From Alphaproteobacteria bacterium (GTDB lineage: Bacteria > Pseudomonadota > Alphaproteobacteria > JAPYRI01): a stretch of 64,000 nt of DNA. Positions 10,694 to 20,417 of the stretch are shown here, piece after piece; the first letter of the stretch is position 1; the number at the start of each line of letters is the position of its first letter. The stretch spans positions 6,275 to 70,274 of the forward strand of contig JAPYRI010000001.1 in NCBI GenBank assembly GCA_029941135.1. The letters are read 5' to 3'. The position numbers and the translations under genes were made by a program. The notes under the pieces are model-generated. The model saw nothing but the letters and a program-made list of their open reading frames with translations, searched no databases and was not told the DNA's origin.

Positions 10694-11434
10694 ATGGCCA
10701 AACCAGACTTGATGAGATTGTTATCTATCGCGGGGCTCCTCGCGATTTGGTGGCTGGCCGCGACCGTCGCCGATAGTCGATTACTGCCGGGGCCGGGTGC
10801 GGTTGCCTCCGTTATGTGGAGCGAAGCGGCGAGCGGCCGATTAGGGCTACATCTGACCGCGACTCTGCTCCGCGTCGCCGCCGGTTTCGTTCTCGCGTTC
10901 TTCATTGGCACCGCAATCGGCATCGCCATGGGTCGGACCAAATGGTTCGACCGTTGGTTTGATCCGTGGTTGGTGATCCTGCTCAATATGCCGGCGCTGG
11001 TGACCATCATCCTCGCCTATGTTTGGTTTGGCCTTATTGAGGTGGCAGCCATTGCCGCGGTCGCGCTTAATAAAGTCCCGAACGTCGTGGTCACCGTGCG
11101 CGAAGGTGTGCGCACGCTCGATCAAGGATATTTCCGGCTCGCAGAAATCTATCGTCTGTCGCCGGCAACCCGATTGCGCCGCATTGTCCTGCCCCAGCTC
11201 TACCCCTACCTGATGGCGACGACCCGGTCGGGCCTCGCTCTCATCTGGAAAATTGTGCTGGTGGTCGAACTGCTGGGGCGCAGTAATGGAGTTGGCTTTC
11301 AACTGCAAATTTATTTTCAATTGTTCGATGTGGCTGGAATTCTAGCCTATGCGGTTGCCTTCATTGTGGTTGTGCAAGTGATTGAACTTGGCGTTTTGCG
11401 GCCCATTGACCGGCGGCTGGAGCGGTGGCGGTAA
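10694..11434 (+). CDS. ABC transporter permease (binding-protein-dependent inner-membrane component, SsuC/TauC-like).
   Basis: 246 aa and multi-TM. Carries the EAA-like loop region (…GVRTLDQGYFRLAEIYRLSPATRLRRIVLPQL…) typical of this permease family. Confidence 0.8.
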   Translation: MAKPDLMRLLSIAGLLAIWWLAATVADSRLLPGPGAVASVMWSEAASGRLGLHLTATLLRVAAGFVLAFFIGTAIGIAMGRTKWFDRWFDPWLVILLNMPALVTIILAYVWFGLIEVAAIAAVALNKVPNVVVTVREGVRTLDQGYFRLAEIYRLSPATRLRRIVLPQLYPYLMATTRSGLALIWKIVLVVELLGRSNGVGFQLQIYFQLFDVAGILAYAVAFIVVVQVIELGVLRPIDRRLERWR

Positions 11435-12198
11435 TGACCAGTTTGTCGCTTCATATTCGCACTAAAAACTTTCCCGGCCATGACGGGGAAGCCGCTCAAA
11501 ACATATTGTCCGACCTCAAGTTCGAGGTGGGCAACGCCGAATTTGTCTGTCTGGTCGGACCTTCGGGCTGCGGTAAAACAACATTGCTCAACATCATTGC
11601 AGGCGTCGATCTTGAATACGACGGGACATGTGAGCGCACCGGCAATCGACTGGGCTTTGTGTTTCAAGAACCTCGCTTGCTACCGTGGTTAACAGTGCGC
11701 GAAAACATCGAACTGGTTTTGGACCAGACCGGAGATGCTGACACGGCTAACGTCGCCGGTAATTTGCTCGCAACCATGGACTTAACATCGGTCGAACAAG
11801 CTTACCCCCGCCGCCTGTCGCTCGGGATGGGACGCCGGGTGTCGCTCGCCCGCGCACTGGCGGTCGATCCCGTTTTGCTGCTGTTGGACGAGCCGTTTGT
11901 GTCCCTGGACAAGCCCACGGCCGAGCGATTGCGGGGTGTCCTATTAGACAGTTGGCGCGCGCGCGAAGTTAGCGTCCTGATGGTCACCCATGACCTGGAC
12001 GAAGCCCTGCAATTAGCTGACCGGATCGTGTTCTTATCGCAACAGCCAACTCACGCCATGTTGGAGTGGAGCGTCCCCACACCGCGCGCCAACGCGGCCA
12101 CCGTCGATCAAATGCGCAGAAACCTGCTGGATCAGCATCCCGAATTACTGAGCGGCCAGGGCGCCGGCGGCGGTGCGGGCGCAATCGAGCCCGGTTAG
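11425..12198 (+). CDS. ABC transporter ATP-binding protein.
   Basis: Walker A (LVGPSGCGKTTLLNIIAG), signature motif (LSLGMGRRVSLARAL), Walker B (LLLDEPFVSLD) and H-loop (MVTHD). It overlaps the permease by 10 nt. The C-terminus has a low-complexity Gly/Ala tail. Confidence 0.85.
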   Translation: MAVMTSLSLHIRTKNFPGHDGEAAQNILSDLKFEVGNAEFVCLVGPSGCGKTTLLNIIAGVDLEYDGTCERTGNRLGFVFQEPRLLPWLTVRENIELVLDQTGDADTANVAGNLLATMDLTSVEQAYPRRLSLGMGRRVSLARALAVDPVLLLLDEPFVSLDKPTAERLRGVLLDSWRAREVSVLMVTHDLDEALQLADRIVFLSQQPTHAMLEWSVPTPRANAATVDQMRRNLLDQHPELLSGQGAGGGAGAIEPG

Positions 12199-12217
12199 CG
12201 GTACCCTGAAAGCGGCA

Positions 12218-13312
12218 TCAGTTTGCCCCGCCAATGCGCCGATACAGAAATTCTGGTGGCGATTCACCTGATTCTTTTTTCGCAATCTGCTTGACCTGAT
12301 CGTGATGCGGCGACAACTCGCAAACCGGGTCGGTCACTGCTGCATCGCCAGTAAGCGCGAAAGCCTGACACCGGCATCCCCCCCAATCCAGTTCGCGCCG
12401 ATCACAAGACTGACACGGTTCAGGCATCCAGTCGATACCGCGAAAATGATTTAGGGCGGCGGACTTTTGCCAAATATCTGCAAGCGTACGATCGCGCAGG
12501 GAGTCAAAAGTGAGCCCCGGCAAATCCTCGGCCGCGTGGCACGGTAAAACCTTACCATTGGGTGTCACATTTACAAATTGCCGTGCCCACCCCCCCATGC
12601 ATGACTTAGGACGCCGGGCGTAGTAATCCGGCACCACATAGTCAATCACAAGACGGCCCTTTAAACGCTCACGGGCCGCCTCAACAATATTTGTCGACCG
12701 ATCCAGTTGCGCGCGAGTCGGGATGAGAGCCGCCCGATTCCGGAGCCCCCAGCCGTAATACTGCACATGCGCCACCTCAAGCCGCTGGGCGCCAAGCTCT
12801 ACCGACAGGTCGATCAGCGCTTCCAAATCATCCAAGTTTTGACGATGCATGACGGCGTTCACAGTCAAAGGCAAGCCGATTTCACCAACCAAGCGACCAA
12901 TTTCGATTTTTTTCTCAAGACTGTTTGGGTAGGCGCTGATGCGATCGGCGTTATCAGCTTGCGCCGCTTGAAAACTCAACTGCACATGTTGAAGTCCGGC
13001 CGCCGCCAGCCGGATCAACCGATCTTTGTTCAGCAGCACCCCAGATGTGATCAGATTGCAGTAGAGATCAAGCCCCTCGCAATGGGCCACTAGTTTTTCC
13101 AAGTCCTGGCGCACGGTCGGCTCACCACCGGAAAAATGTATCTGCAGCACACCCATCTCTGCTGCCTGGCTAAATATTGATTTCCAGGTCTCCGTATCCA
13201 TTTCCTGGCTGGCGGTTAGCAGCTGCAGCGGGTTGGAACAATAGGGGCACTGCAACGGACAGCGGTGGGTCACCTCGGCTAGCATGGCAAGGGGCGGGTC
13301 TATTGAGGTCAT
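12218..13312 (-). CDS. pqqE: PQQ biosynthesis radical-SAM peptide cross-linking enzyme PqqE.
   Basis: 364 aa. CxxxCxxC (CPLQCPYCSNP) near the N-terminus and a C-terminal SPASM-type Cys-rich region. Gene order is pqqABCDE. Confidence 0.9.
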   Translation of the reverse strand: MTSIDPPLAMLAEVTHRCPLQCPYCSNPLQLLTASQEMDTETWKSIFSQAAEMGVLQIHFSGGEPTVRQDLEKLVAHCEGLDLYCNLITSGVLLNKDRLIRLAAAGLQHVQLSFQAAQADNADRISAYPNSLEKKIEIGRLVGEIGLPLTVNAVMHRQNLDDLEALIDLSVELGAQRLEVAHVQYYGWGLRNRAALIPTRAQLDRSTNIVEAARERLKGRLVIDYVVPDYYARRPKSCMGGWARQFVNVTPNGKVLPCHAAEDLPGLTFDSLRDRTLADIWQKSAALNHFRGIDWMPEPCQSCDRRELDWGGCRCQAFALTGDAAVTDPVCELSPHHDQVKQIAKKESGESPPEFLYRRIGGAN

Positions 13313-13599
13313 GCGTCAATAACACCCTTATCGGCAAAATCCTGCAACATATGAACGACATCCCCGCCGATCTGCGCGCGCGGCGCCGCGAAATCTTCGG
13401 CTAGAGCATCGATGATCCCGCCCACGTTCGCCACACCGTCACATTCGCGCACAATGGCCAACGCCACCTGGTCGAGCACATACATGCGCTCTGGCGCCAG
13501 TATCACCCACTGATCCCGTGGATCATCAAATTTAAGCCGCACTCCTGTGGGCAATCGGGGAACGCTAGTTTCATCAATAATGCGCCGATCGGTCATCAT
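13309..13599 (-). CDS. pqqD: PQQ biosynthesis peptide chaperone PqqD.
   Basis: 96 aa. Position, size and ATGA overlaps with both pqqC and pqqE fit PqqD. Confidence 0.85.
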   Translation of the reverse strand: MMTDRRIIDETSVPRLPTGVRLKFDDPRDQWVILAPERMYVLDQVALAIVRECDGVANVGGIIDALAEDFAAPRAQIGGDVVHMLQDFADKGVIDA

Positions 13600-14366
13600 T
13601 CCTTATCCGGAACAAATGCACCGGGTGGGATGTGCCCAGGCTCCACATACGCGTGATAAAGCGCATCCAACTGCGCCCATAGTACACCCGTCTTGAAAAC
13701 CAAGGCGTCGATCACCCCCTGTTGCTGGCTGGGTTCTCGTGCATGGCGAAGCACATAGTCGAGACCAAACTCTACGTCCTTTGGTGCTTCCTCTAACCGT
13801 TTCCGAAAATAGGAGAGAGTATCGTCATTAGCAAACGCGTAGTGCTCCAGTAATCCGGCAATACGTTGGCGGTGAATGTTGGGGGCAAACAATTCGGTCA
13901 AAGACGATGCGATAGCTTCGAGCAATGGCCGCTCACGCACGAAGCGTACATAGGCCTCAACGGCAAATTTGGTCGCCGGCAGCGCGCCATCGGTCGACGA
14001 AACATAATTGCGATCAAGACCCACGCCTTCCGCCAGCACCAGCCAGCGCTCGAGGCCGCCTTCGCCCGAGCGGTTGCCATCATGATCCTCGATTCGGCCG
14101 CGCCATTCCCGCCGCAGGTCGACGTCGGTTATTTGCGACATCAACGCTGCGTCCTTGCGCGGTATGGCGTTCTGATAGCAAAACCGATTTAACACCCAGG
14201 CTTGAACTTGTCCCTGGTTGAGCGCGCCGCCATGAAGTTTCTGATGGAAGGGATGTTTGTCGTGGTAGCGCTCGGCGCCGATCGTGTGGAGCCGCCGCTC
14301 CAGTTCTTCGGACGTCAGCGCTTTGGTCAGAGGCATATTTCCATCCCGTCGAAGGCAATCTCCCAT
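13596..14366 (-). CDS. pqqC: Pyrroloquinoline-quinone synthase PqqC.
   Basis: Conserved PqqC core (…HPFHQKLHGGALNQGQVQAWVLNRFCYQNAIPRKDAALMS…). The ATG at 14334-14336 (MPLTKAL…) is the more likely start, because the annotated start would overlap pqqB by 40 nt. Confidence 0.9.
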   Translation of the reverse strand: MGDCLRRDGNMPLTKALTSEELERRLHTIGAERYHDKHPFHQKLHGGALNQGQVQAWVLNRFCYQNAIPRKDAALMSQITDVDLRREWRGRIEDHDGNRSGEGGLERWLVLAEGVGLDRNYVSSTDGALPATKFAVEAYVRFVRERPLLEAIASSLTELFAPNIHRQRIAGLLEHYAFANDDTLSYFRKRLEEAPKDVEFGLDYVLRHAREPSQQQGVIDALVFKTGVLWAQLDALYHAYVEPGHIPPGAFVPDKE

Positions 14367-15253
14367 CCCAATGCCTCAACCTTATGACGCTCGGGTGAGT
14401 CGGCCAGCAGGGTGGGATTCGTATTATTAATATGCACGAACACCTTGCGGACAACATTCAATCCTTCGAGCGCCGCAATTGCGCCCTCTGGCCCCGACAT
14501 GCTGATGTGCCCCATGCGCTGTCCGGTCTTGATCCCTACTCCCGCCACCTGCATCTCGTCGTCTTGCCACAAAGTTCCGTCGAAAAGTACGAGGGGTGCG
14601 CTTTGGAGACGCGCGGCTAGTTCCGGCGGCACCGACGCACAGCCGGGAATATAGAAAAAATATTCTCCCCCTTCCATCGACTGAATTCTGAGACCAATTG
14701 TATCCTCGCTCTGGGAGCCAAAATTGGGTCCAGCATCCGGGTTTTCCAGGTAAAGGGCAACTTTTCCGGGGACGACAAATGGCTCTATAATCATGCCGCC
14801 GCTTTTGCCTTCGGGTGTTTTGAGCTCGAACGATTGCCCTAATGTCATGGGAAGACGCGCAACCAATTCCGAGTTAAGCACGTTAAAGACACTGTTCGCG
14901 CGCAGGGTGCCATGCACCCGCTCGGTTGCGTAAAGCACCAATGGTGCGGATTCCCGCAAAGTCAGCAGACCTGCAATGTGGTCAACATCCGCATTGGTGA
15001 CAATGACGCCACTGATAGGACTGTGACGTAACCCATTCTTCGGATGAAGAGCGGGTGTGCTGTTAATTTGATGGCGAAGGTCAGGGGATGCGTTAAACAA
15101 ATACCAGTGTTCGTCGTCGGCGGTGACCGCCAAAGAGGACTGGGTGCGCGCGAGCGCGTCCCCGGTCCGGGCTTGGTTACAAGCGTCGGTACTGCAGTTC
15201 CACTGGGGAAAACCGCCGCCCGCGGCCGATCCTATGACGACAATGCGCAGCAC
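14327..15253 (-). CDS. pqqB: PQQ biosynthesis protein PqqB (metallo-beta-lactamase fold).
   Basis: 308 aa. Starts MLRIVVIGSAAGGGFPQWNCSTDACNQAR…, the characteristic PqqB N-terminus. Confidence 0.85.
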   Translation of the reverse strand: MLRIVVIGSAAGGGFPQWNCSTDACNQARTGDALARTQSSLAVTADDEHWYLFNASPDLRHQINSTPALHPKNGLRHSPISGVIVTNADVDHIAGLLTLRESAPLVLYATERVHGTLRANSVFNVLNSELVARLPMTLGQSFELKTPEGKSGGMIIEPFVVPGKVALYLENPDAGPNFGSQSEDTIGLRIQSMEGGEYFFYIPGCASVPPELAARLQSAPLVLFDGTLWQDDEMQVAGVGIKTGQRMGHISMSGPEGAIAALEGLNVVRKVFVHINNTNPTLLADSPERHKVEALGWEIAFDGMEICL

Positions 15254-15340
15254 AATAGATTAGGTCTTAAATGAGAGTTCATCCACCGAGCCCTCCCGGT
15301 GCCAGGTTACAGCATCGCTAAAAATCATAGCGGCGCTCAG

Positions 15341-15373
15341 AAATGTAAAACGCCAGCCGACAAAAGGCTGGCG
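15341..15373 (-). terminator. Stem-loop with U-tract between pqqA and pqqB, an attenuator/partial terminator.
   Basis: On the minus strand the RNA reads CGCCAGCC-UUUUGUC-GGCUGGCG followed by UUUUACAUUU. That is an 8-bp GC-rich stem plus U-run, 20 nt downstream of the pqqA stop. pqq operons in other bacteria have a comparable pqqA-pqqB terminator. Confidence 0.45.
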
Positions 15374-15394
15374 CTTCCACAAATTGAAATCTTT

Positions 15395-15472
15395 TTACAG
15401 CTCGGCGCAGACGTAGCAGTTGATTTCCATGCCGATGCAAACTTCTTTAACTTTCGGGGTGGTCCAAGCCAT
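15395..15472 (-). CDS. pqqA: PQQ precursor peptide PqqA (25 aa).
   Basis: I translated this by hand from the reverse strand: ATG at 15470-15472, TAA at 15395-15397, giving MAWTTPKVKEVCIGMEINCYVCAEL. The conserved Glu…Tyr pair (E-I-N-C-Y) is the cross-linked PQQ backbone. It is too short for the 60-aa ORF track. Confidence 0.8.
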   Translation of the reverse strand: MAWTTPKVKEVCIGMEINCYVCAEL

Positions 15473-15514
15473 GTCCCTAACTCCTATCAATTCCCAATAA
15501 ATCCCATCGTGTGC

Positions 15515-15543
15515 AGTATCTGCATATAAAGGTTAAATTGCAA
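15515..15543 (-). promoter_or_regulatory. Candidate sigma70-type promoter for pqqA.
   Basis: Minus strand: TTGCAA (15538-15543), a 17-nt spacer, then GATACT (15515-20), about 42 nt upstream of the pqqA ATG. A small inverted repeat TGCAG-ATA-CTGCA overlaps the -10. Confidence 0.3.
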
Positions 15544-15567
15544 GTCACGGCTCTAAACCCCTTGGAT

Positions 15568-16503
15568 TCAGCCGCCAAACAGATGGCCGGGAGATATTCG
15601 ATCCAATATTTCCGGCTCGTTCGGTGGAATGAAGGTCATGCCGACCGAATCGGCTAAAGGCGCAAATTTTTCCTCCGTGACCAAAGAATCAATCACGTCA
15701 TTGACCTGCGCCAAAAGATCTGGACGGCTTTTGAGGCCGACGAATCCCATATTAAATCCCAACGCATGGCGATAATTTGTTGCGCGCAATTGTGTATCCG
15801 GATGTTTCCGGCGATAGGCGTCAAACCGGTGCAGTTCGATCAAAATGGCATCGAATGCACCCTCTTCCAGGCGCGAAAGTATACCGCTTTGTGGCACCAC
15901 ATGAATGACCCGGCTGGCCATATAACCAGCCCGATAGGCCATGAAAATCGTGTCGGTCAAGGTTCCCTGTTCGGCGCCAAGACTCAATCCATTAAGGTCA
16001 CTCAAGGTTTCAATCAGCCGTCCCCATCCCTTTGGGCCGACAATGACCTGCAAGGGAGCATGATGGTAAGGTCGGCTGGGCGCCAAGACACCAAGTTCAA
16101 CAAACTGGTGCCGGGTAGCAGGATTTTGACCTTCATGTCCCGGCAGCAGCGCAGTTTCGGACGCAGGCTCCGCCAATGCACCACCGAACATGGGATAGCC
16201 GGCAACCAGGTCGCACAGTCCGGCAGATATCAGAGCGTTGGCCTCACGGTCAGGGAAGCTTTCTTCTTCGTTCTCGGTTTCAAACCATTGAATTGTCAGT
16301 TTCTTGCCAAGTGCTGCGGCCACGGCCGCGGCCACTTTCAAATCGAATCCACCTTGCTCAGAACCGTGCTTCCACGAATACGGGTCGCTGTTTTCTTCCA
16401 AACAAACTGAAAGTGTGTCGGCCAAAGCAGCCTTCGGAAGGGCAAACATCAGTCCACATACTGCCAAAGCCAGATGGGTGAAATAGCGCGCGTTCGATGT
16501 CAA
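15568..16503 (-). CDS. Quinoprotein-dehydrogenase-associated periplasmic substrate-binding-like protein (MoxJ/XoxJ family, SBP_bac_3 fold).
   Basis: 311 aa with a signal peptide. The N-terminal motif LSVCLEENSDPYSW…GFDLKVAAAVAAALGKKLTIQWFE matches the MoxJ-like pattern (L-x-V-C-x-D-x-N-x-P-F-S … GF … LG). It lies beside a cytochrome c and the pqq operon. Confidence 0.6.
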   Translation of the reverse strand: MTSNARYFTHLALAVCGLMFALPKAALADTLSVCLEENSDPYSWKHGSEQGGFDLKVAAAVAAALGKKLTIQWFETENEEESFPDREANALISAGLCDLVAGYPMFGGALAEPASETALLPGHEGQNPATRHQFVELGVLAPSRPYHHAPLQVIVGPKGWGRLIETLSDLNGLSLGAEQGTLTDTIFMAYRAGYMASRVIHVVPQSGILSRLEEGAFDAILIELHRFDAYRRKHPDTQLRATNYRHALGFNMGFVGLKSRPDLLAQVNDVIDSLVTEEKFAPLADSVGMTFIPPNEPEILDRISPGHLFGG

Positions 16504-16844
16504 TTTCTACCTCCCGAGCGCACATAGGCCCACAGGCTTTCGAGCTCGCCCGGGAGCAGCATATCGCCCCATGCCGGCATGTCTCCTGTGCCGTCGGTCA
16601 CCGATTTCTTAAAACGATCAAACTGATCCACTGGGAATTTACGCAGGTCGAAGCTGGAGTTTCCAGCGTTGACCATATTTGGGCCGTGACATTGGGCGCA
16701 AAGCTGTTGATATGCGGGCTTGCCTTTGGCGGCTTCGGTATCCACATGACTGCCCGCTCCTGCCGGTGACGCCAAAACTGCGAAAACAACGGCCACCGCA
16801 AACATATTGTTCAACCACTCTTTTTTCACAAACACTTTACTCAT
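16500..16844 (-). CDS. Mono-haem class I c-type cytochrome (likely electron acceptor for a quinoprotein dehydrogenase).
   Basis: 114 aa with a signal peptide. Single CxxCH (CAQCHG) and a downstream Met ligand region (GTGDMPAWG). It overlaps the MoxJ-like gene by 4 nt. Confidence 0.7.
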   Translation of the reverse strand: MSKVFVKKEWLNNMFAVAVVFAVLASPAGAGSHVDTEAAKGKPAYQQLCAQCHGPNMVNAGNSSFDLRKFPVDQFDRFKKSVTDGTGDMPAWGDMLLPGELESLWAYVRSGGRN

Positions 16845-16861
16845 ATGGATTACTCGGAAGA

Positions 16862-16935
16862 ATTGAGATTGGAGCGGGTGAAGGGAATCGAACCCTCGTC
16901 GTAAGCTTGGGAAGCTTCTGCTCTGCCATTGAGCT
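16862..16935 (-). tRNA. tRNA-Gly (anticodon CCC).
   Basis: Minus-strand read: GCGGGTGTAGCTCAATGGCAGAGCAGAAGCTTCCCAAGCTTACGACGAGGGTTCGATTCCCTTCACCCGCTCCA. The anticodon loop is TTCCCAA, the T-arm is GGTTCGATTCC, and the CCA is genome-encoded. The cloverleaf was folded by eye. Confidence 0.8.
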
Positions 16936-17145
16936 ACACCCGCCCGATGTCCTCAACAAAAAGTGGGCACTCAGCGTCGTATCTTGCCGCGATTCCGTTG
17001 CCGCTGCCGAACATCATATCGGCTCATATGGTCGCCGCAAGGGAACTATTGCATCTCGCAACAACGTGCTTGGTTTGGCTGGACCTCTATAAAAGAGCCC
17101 AATTTTAGCCGTTTTACTCTCTTGTCTGAATATGTGACAAAATTT

Positions 17146-17172
17146 TTAGCACTTTCGGCCCTTAAGTGCTAA
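17146..17172 (+). promoter_or_regulatory. CIRCE operator (HrcA binding site) of groESL copy 1.
   Basis: TTAGCACTT-TCGGCCCTT-AAGTGCTAA. It matches the CIRCE consensus TTAGCACTC-N9-GAGTGCTAA apart from one symmetric substitution pair in the arms (C to T in the left arm, G to A in the right). Confidence 0.75.
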
Positions 17173-17458
17173 TCCTTGCTGGTGAGCACAAAAAATGTGT
17201 GATATAGCACCGCTTCTGTTTGGGGCGGCGCTCGATTGGGGACCAAAAAGAAGGTCGCTATTGGAGCACCAACCGGGAAACCTAGAGATCACTCCGATAC
17301 CTGGAATTAGTCTCAGGCCGGTGTGCGGGAAACCGCAATGGAAAATGCCACCTGGTGCTGGCCTGAATACTGAAACGAGAACTTGGGGTGCCGTTAAAGG
17401 GCACACTTTTTAGGGACCTACATACGACGCAATAACATTGTGTGACGGAGGACAAGAC

Positions 17459-17773
17459 ATGAAATTTCGACCACTTCACGACCGCGTATTGGTGCGGCGC
17501 ATCCAAGAAGAAGAGAAAACGGCTGGTGGCATCATCATCCCTGATACGGCAAAAGAAAAGCCCAGCGAAGGCGAAGTTATCGCCGTCGGCCCGGGCAAAC
17601 GGAATGACGCCGGACAACAGGCCCCGTTGGACGTAAAAGCCGGCGACCTCGTTCTGTTCGGCAAATGGTCAGGGACGGAAGTGAAGCTCGAAGGAGAAGA
17701 ACTTCTGATTATGAGCGAGGCCGACATTATGGGCGTCGTCACTGGGAATGGAAAAAAGAGTAAGCGTAAATAA
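17459..17773 (+). CDS. groES: Co-chaperonin GroES (copy 1).
   Basis: [14 protein letters not shown]…[14 protein letters not shown]… The true start is the internal ATG at 17459, not the ORF-track start at 17438. Confidence 0.95.
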   Translation: MKFRPLHDRVLVRRIQEEEKTAGGIIIPDTAKEKPSEGEVIAVGPGKRNDAGQQAPLDVKAGDLVLFGKWSGTEVKLEGEELLIMSEADIMGVVTGNGKKSKRK

Positions 17774-17796
17774 ACGCTGAGCCAGGAGGACATTGA

Positions 17797-19449
<1,653 letters not shown>

Positions 19450-19510
19450 GCCCCACACCTCGGTAACCGATAAAGGCGGTGGGTAACCACAGCTTCAAGC
19501 CACAACCAAA

Positions 19511-19540
19511 CCCCGCCGATTATTCGGCGGGGTTTTTTCT
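19511..19540 (+). terminator. Rho-independent terminator after groEL1. Sits between convergent genes and is possibly bidirectional.
   Basis: AAACCCCGCCG-ATTATT-CGGCGGGG-TTTTTTCT: an 8-bp GC stem followed by a T6 run, 60 nt past the groEL stop. Confidence 0.6.
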
Positions 19541-19564
19541 TGAAATTATGCGCTTGGGAGAGTG

Positions 19565-20383
19565 TCAGCCAAGTGCCGAGATTGCCTGCAACACGGCATC
19601 GGGTTTTTCCAAAGTGACCATATGTCCGGCGTCAGGAATGTTCACCAACGTGGCGCCTTCGATACCGGCCTGAAAAGCATTGCCGTATTCAGGCACAATC
19701 AAAGTGTCTTCCGCGCCCCAAATAATCGCGGTTTTTGCCGATATTCGGTACAGGCGTTCAGACAGTCCTCGTTCCGGTATGGGGAACAGTATTTTTCCCG
19801 CCATGCCAAACTGGCGGGCGTTGGTAATGAGAAACTCCTTCAGAAACTCTTCGTCATCAAGGTCTAACCCGGCAGTCAGTAGTTGGGTCCCCATGTCCAC
19901 ATTGTGAAACAACAGTGCCGGAAACTCGAAGGGCAGCTTGGCAAAAATGTCAGGGATTGGGTGTTCGTCGAGCCACAATCCAGCGGGGGCAATCAAGGCC
20001 AGCCGATCGATGGCATGGGGTGCGGTCGCCGCCATTTCAGCCGCGATCATACCGCCCATGGAGTGGCCGACGACGATCGGTCGATGGAGAGCCAAGGCAT
20101 CCATGGCGTCAAAAGTGTGGAGCGTAAAGCCAAGCATATCGCGAATGTTTTCTCCGCCTTCCGAATCTTCATAGCCGGGGAGGAGGGGCGCATACACGTG
20201 ATACCGTTCGCCCAATTTTGTCACGAAAGGATCATCGGGAAACAAGCCGCCGGCGCCATGTAGAAACAGCAGGGGTTCACCTTCTCCAATTTCGTATACA
20301 CGTATTTTGGTGCGGCCACCCGCAACCTCAATGAGCTTGGATTTCATTATTTTTGCAGCCTCCACCACTTGGTTGTTCACCAA
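19565..20383 (-). CDS. Alpha/beta-fold hydrolase.
   Basis: 272 aa. HGAGG oxyanion region (LLFLHGAGG), nucleophile elbow GHSMGGMIA, and a late His (PDAGHM). Confidence 0.7.
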   Translation of the reverse strand: MVNNQVVEAAKIMKSKLIEVAGGRTKIRVYEIGEGEPLLFLHGAGGLFPDDPFVTKLGERYHVYAPLLPGYEDSEGGENIRDMLGFTLHTFDAMDALALHRPIVVGHSMGGMIAAEMAATAPHAIDRLALIAPAGLWLDEHPIPDIFAKLPFEFPALLFHNVDMGTQLLTAGLDLDDEEFLKEFLITNARQFGMAGKILFPIPERGLSERLYRISAKTAIIWGAEDTLIVPEYGNAFQAGIEGATLVNIPDAGHMVTLEKPDAVLQAISALG

Positions 20384-20417
20384 AGAATATTTGGTCGCAT
20401 GAACCGTCTGCTTACCT

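Noticed and set aside
10324-11010. 228-aa reverse-strand ORF across the ABC SBP/permease genes
   Set aside because: Antisense to a coherent three-gene transporter operon. No motifs.
16679-17092. 137-aa ORF overlapping tRNA-Gly
   Set aside because: It runs through the tRNA gene. tRNA structure explains the region.
16936-17145. Possible integrase or mobile-element remnant next to tRNA-Gly
   Set aside because: No integrase or recombinase-like ORF, no direct repeat of the tRNA 3′ end, and no compositional shift detectable by eye. The region appears to be the groES1 upstream/promoter region.
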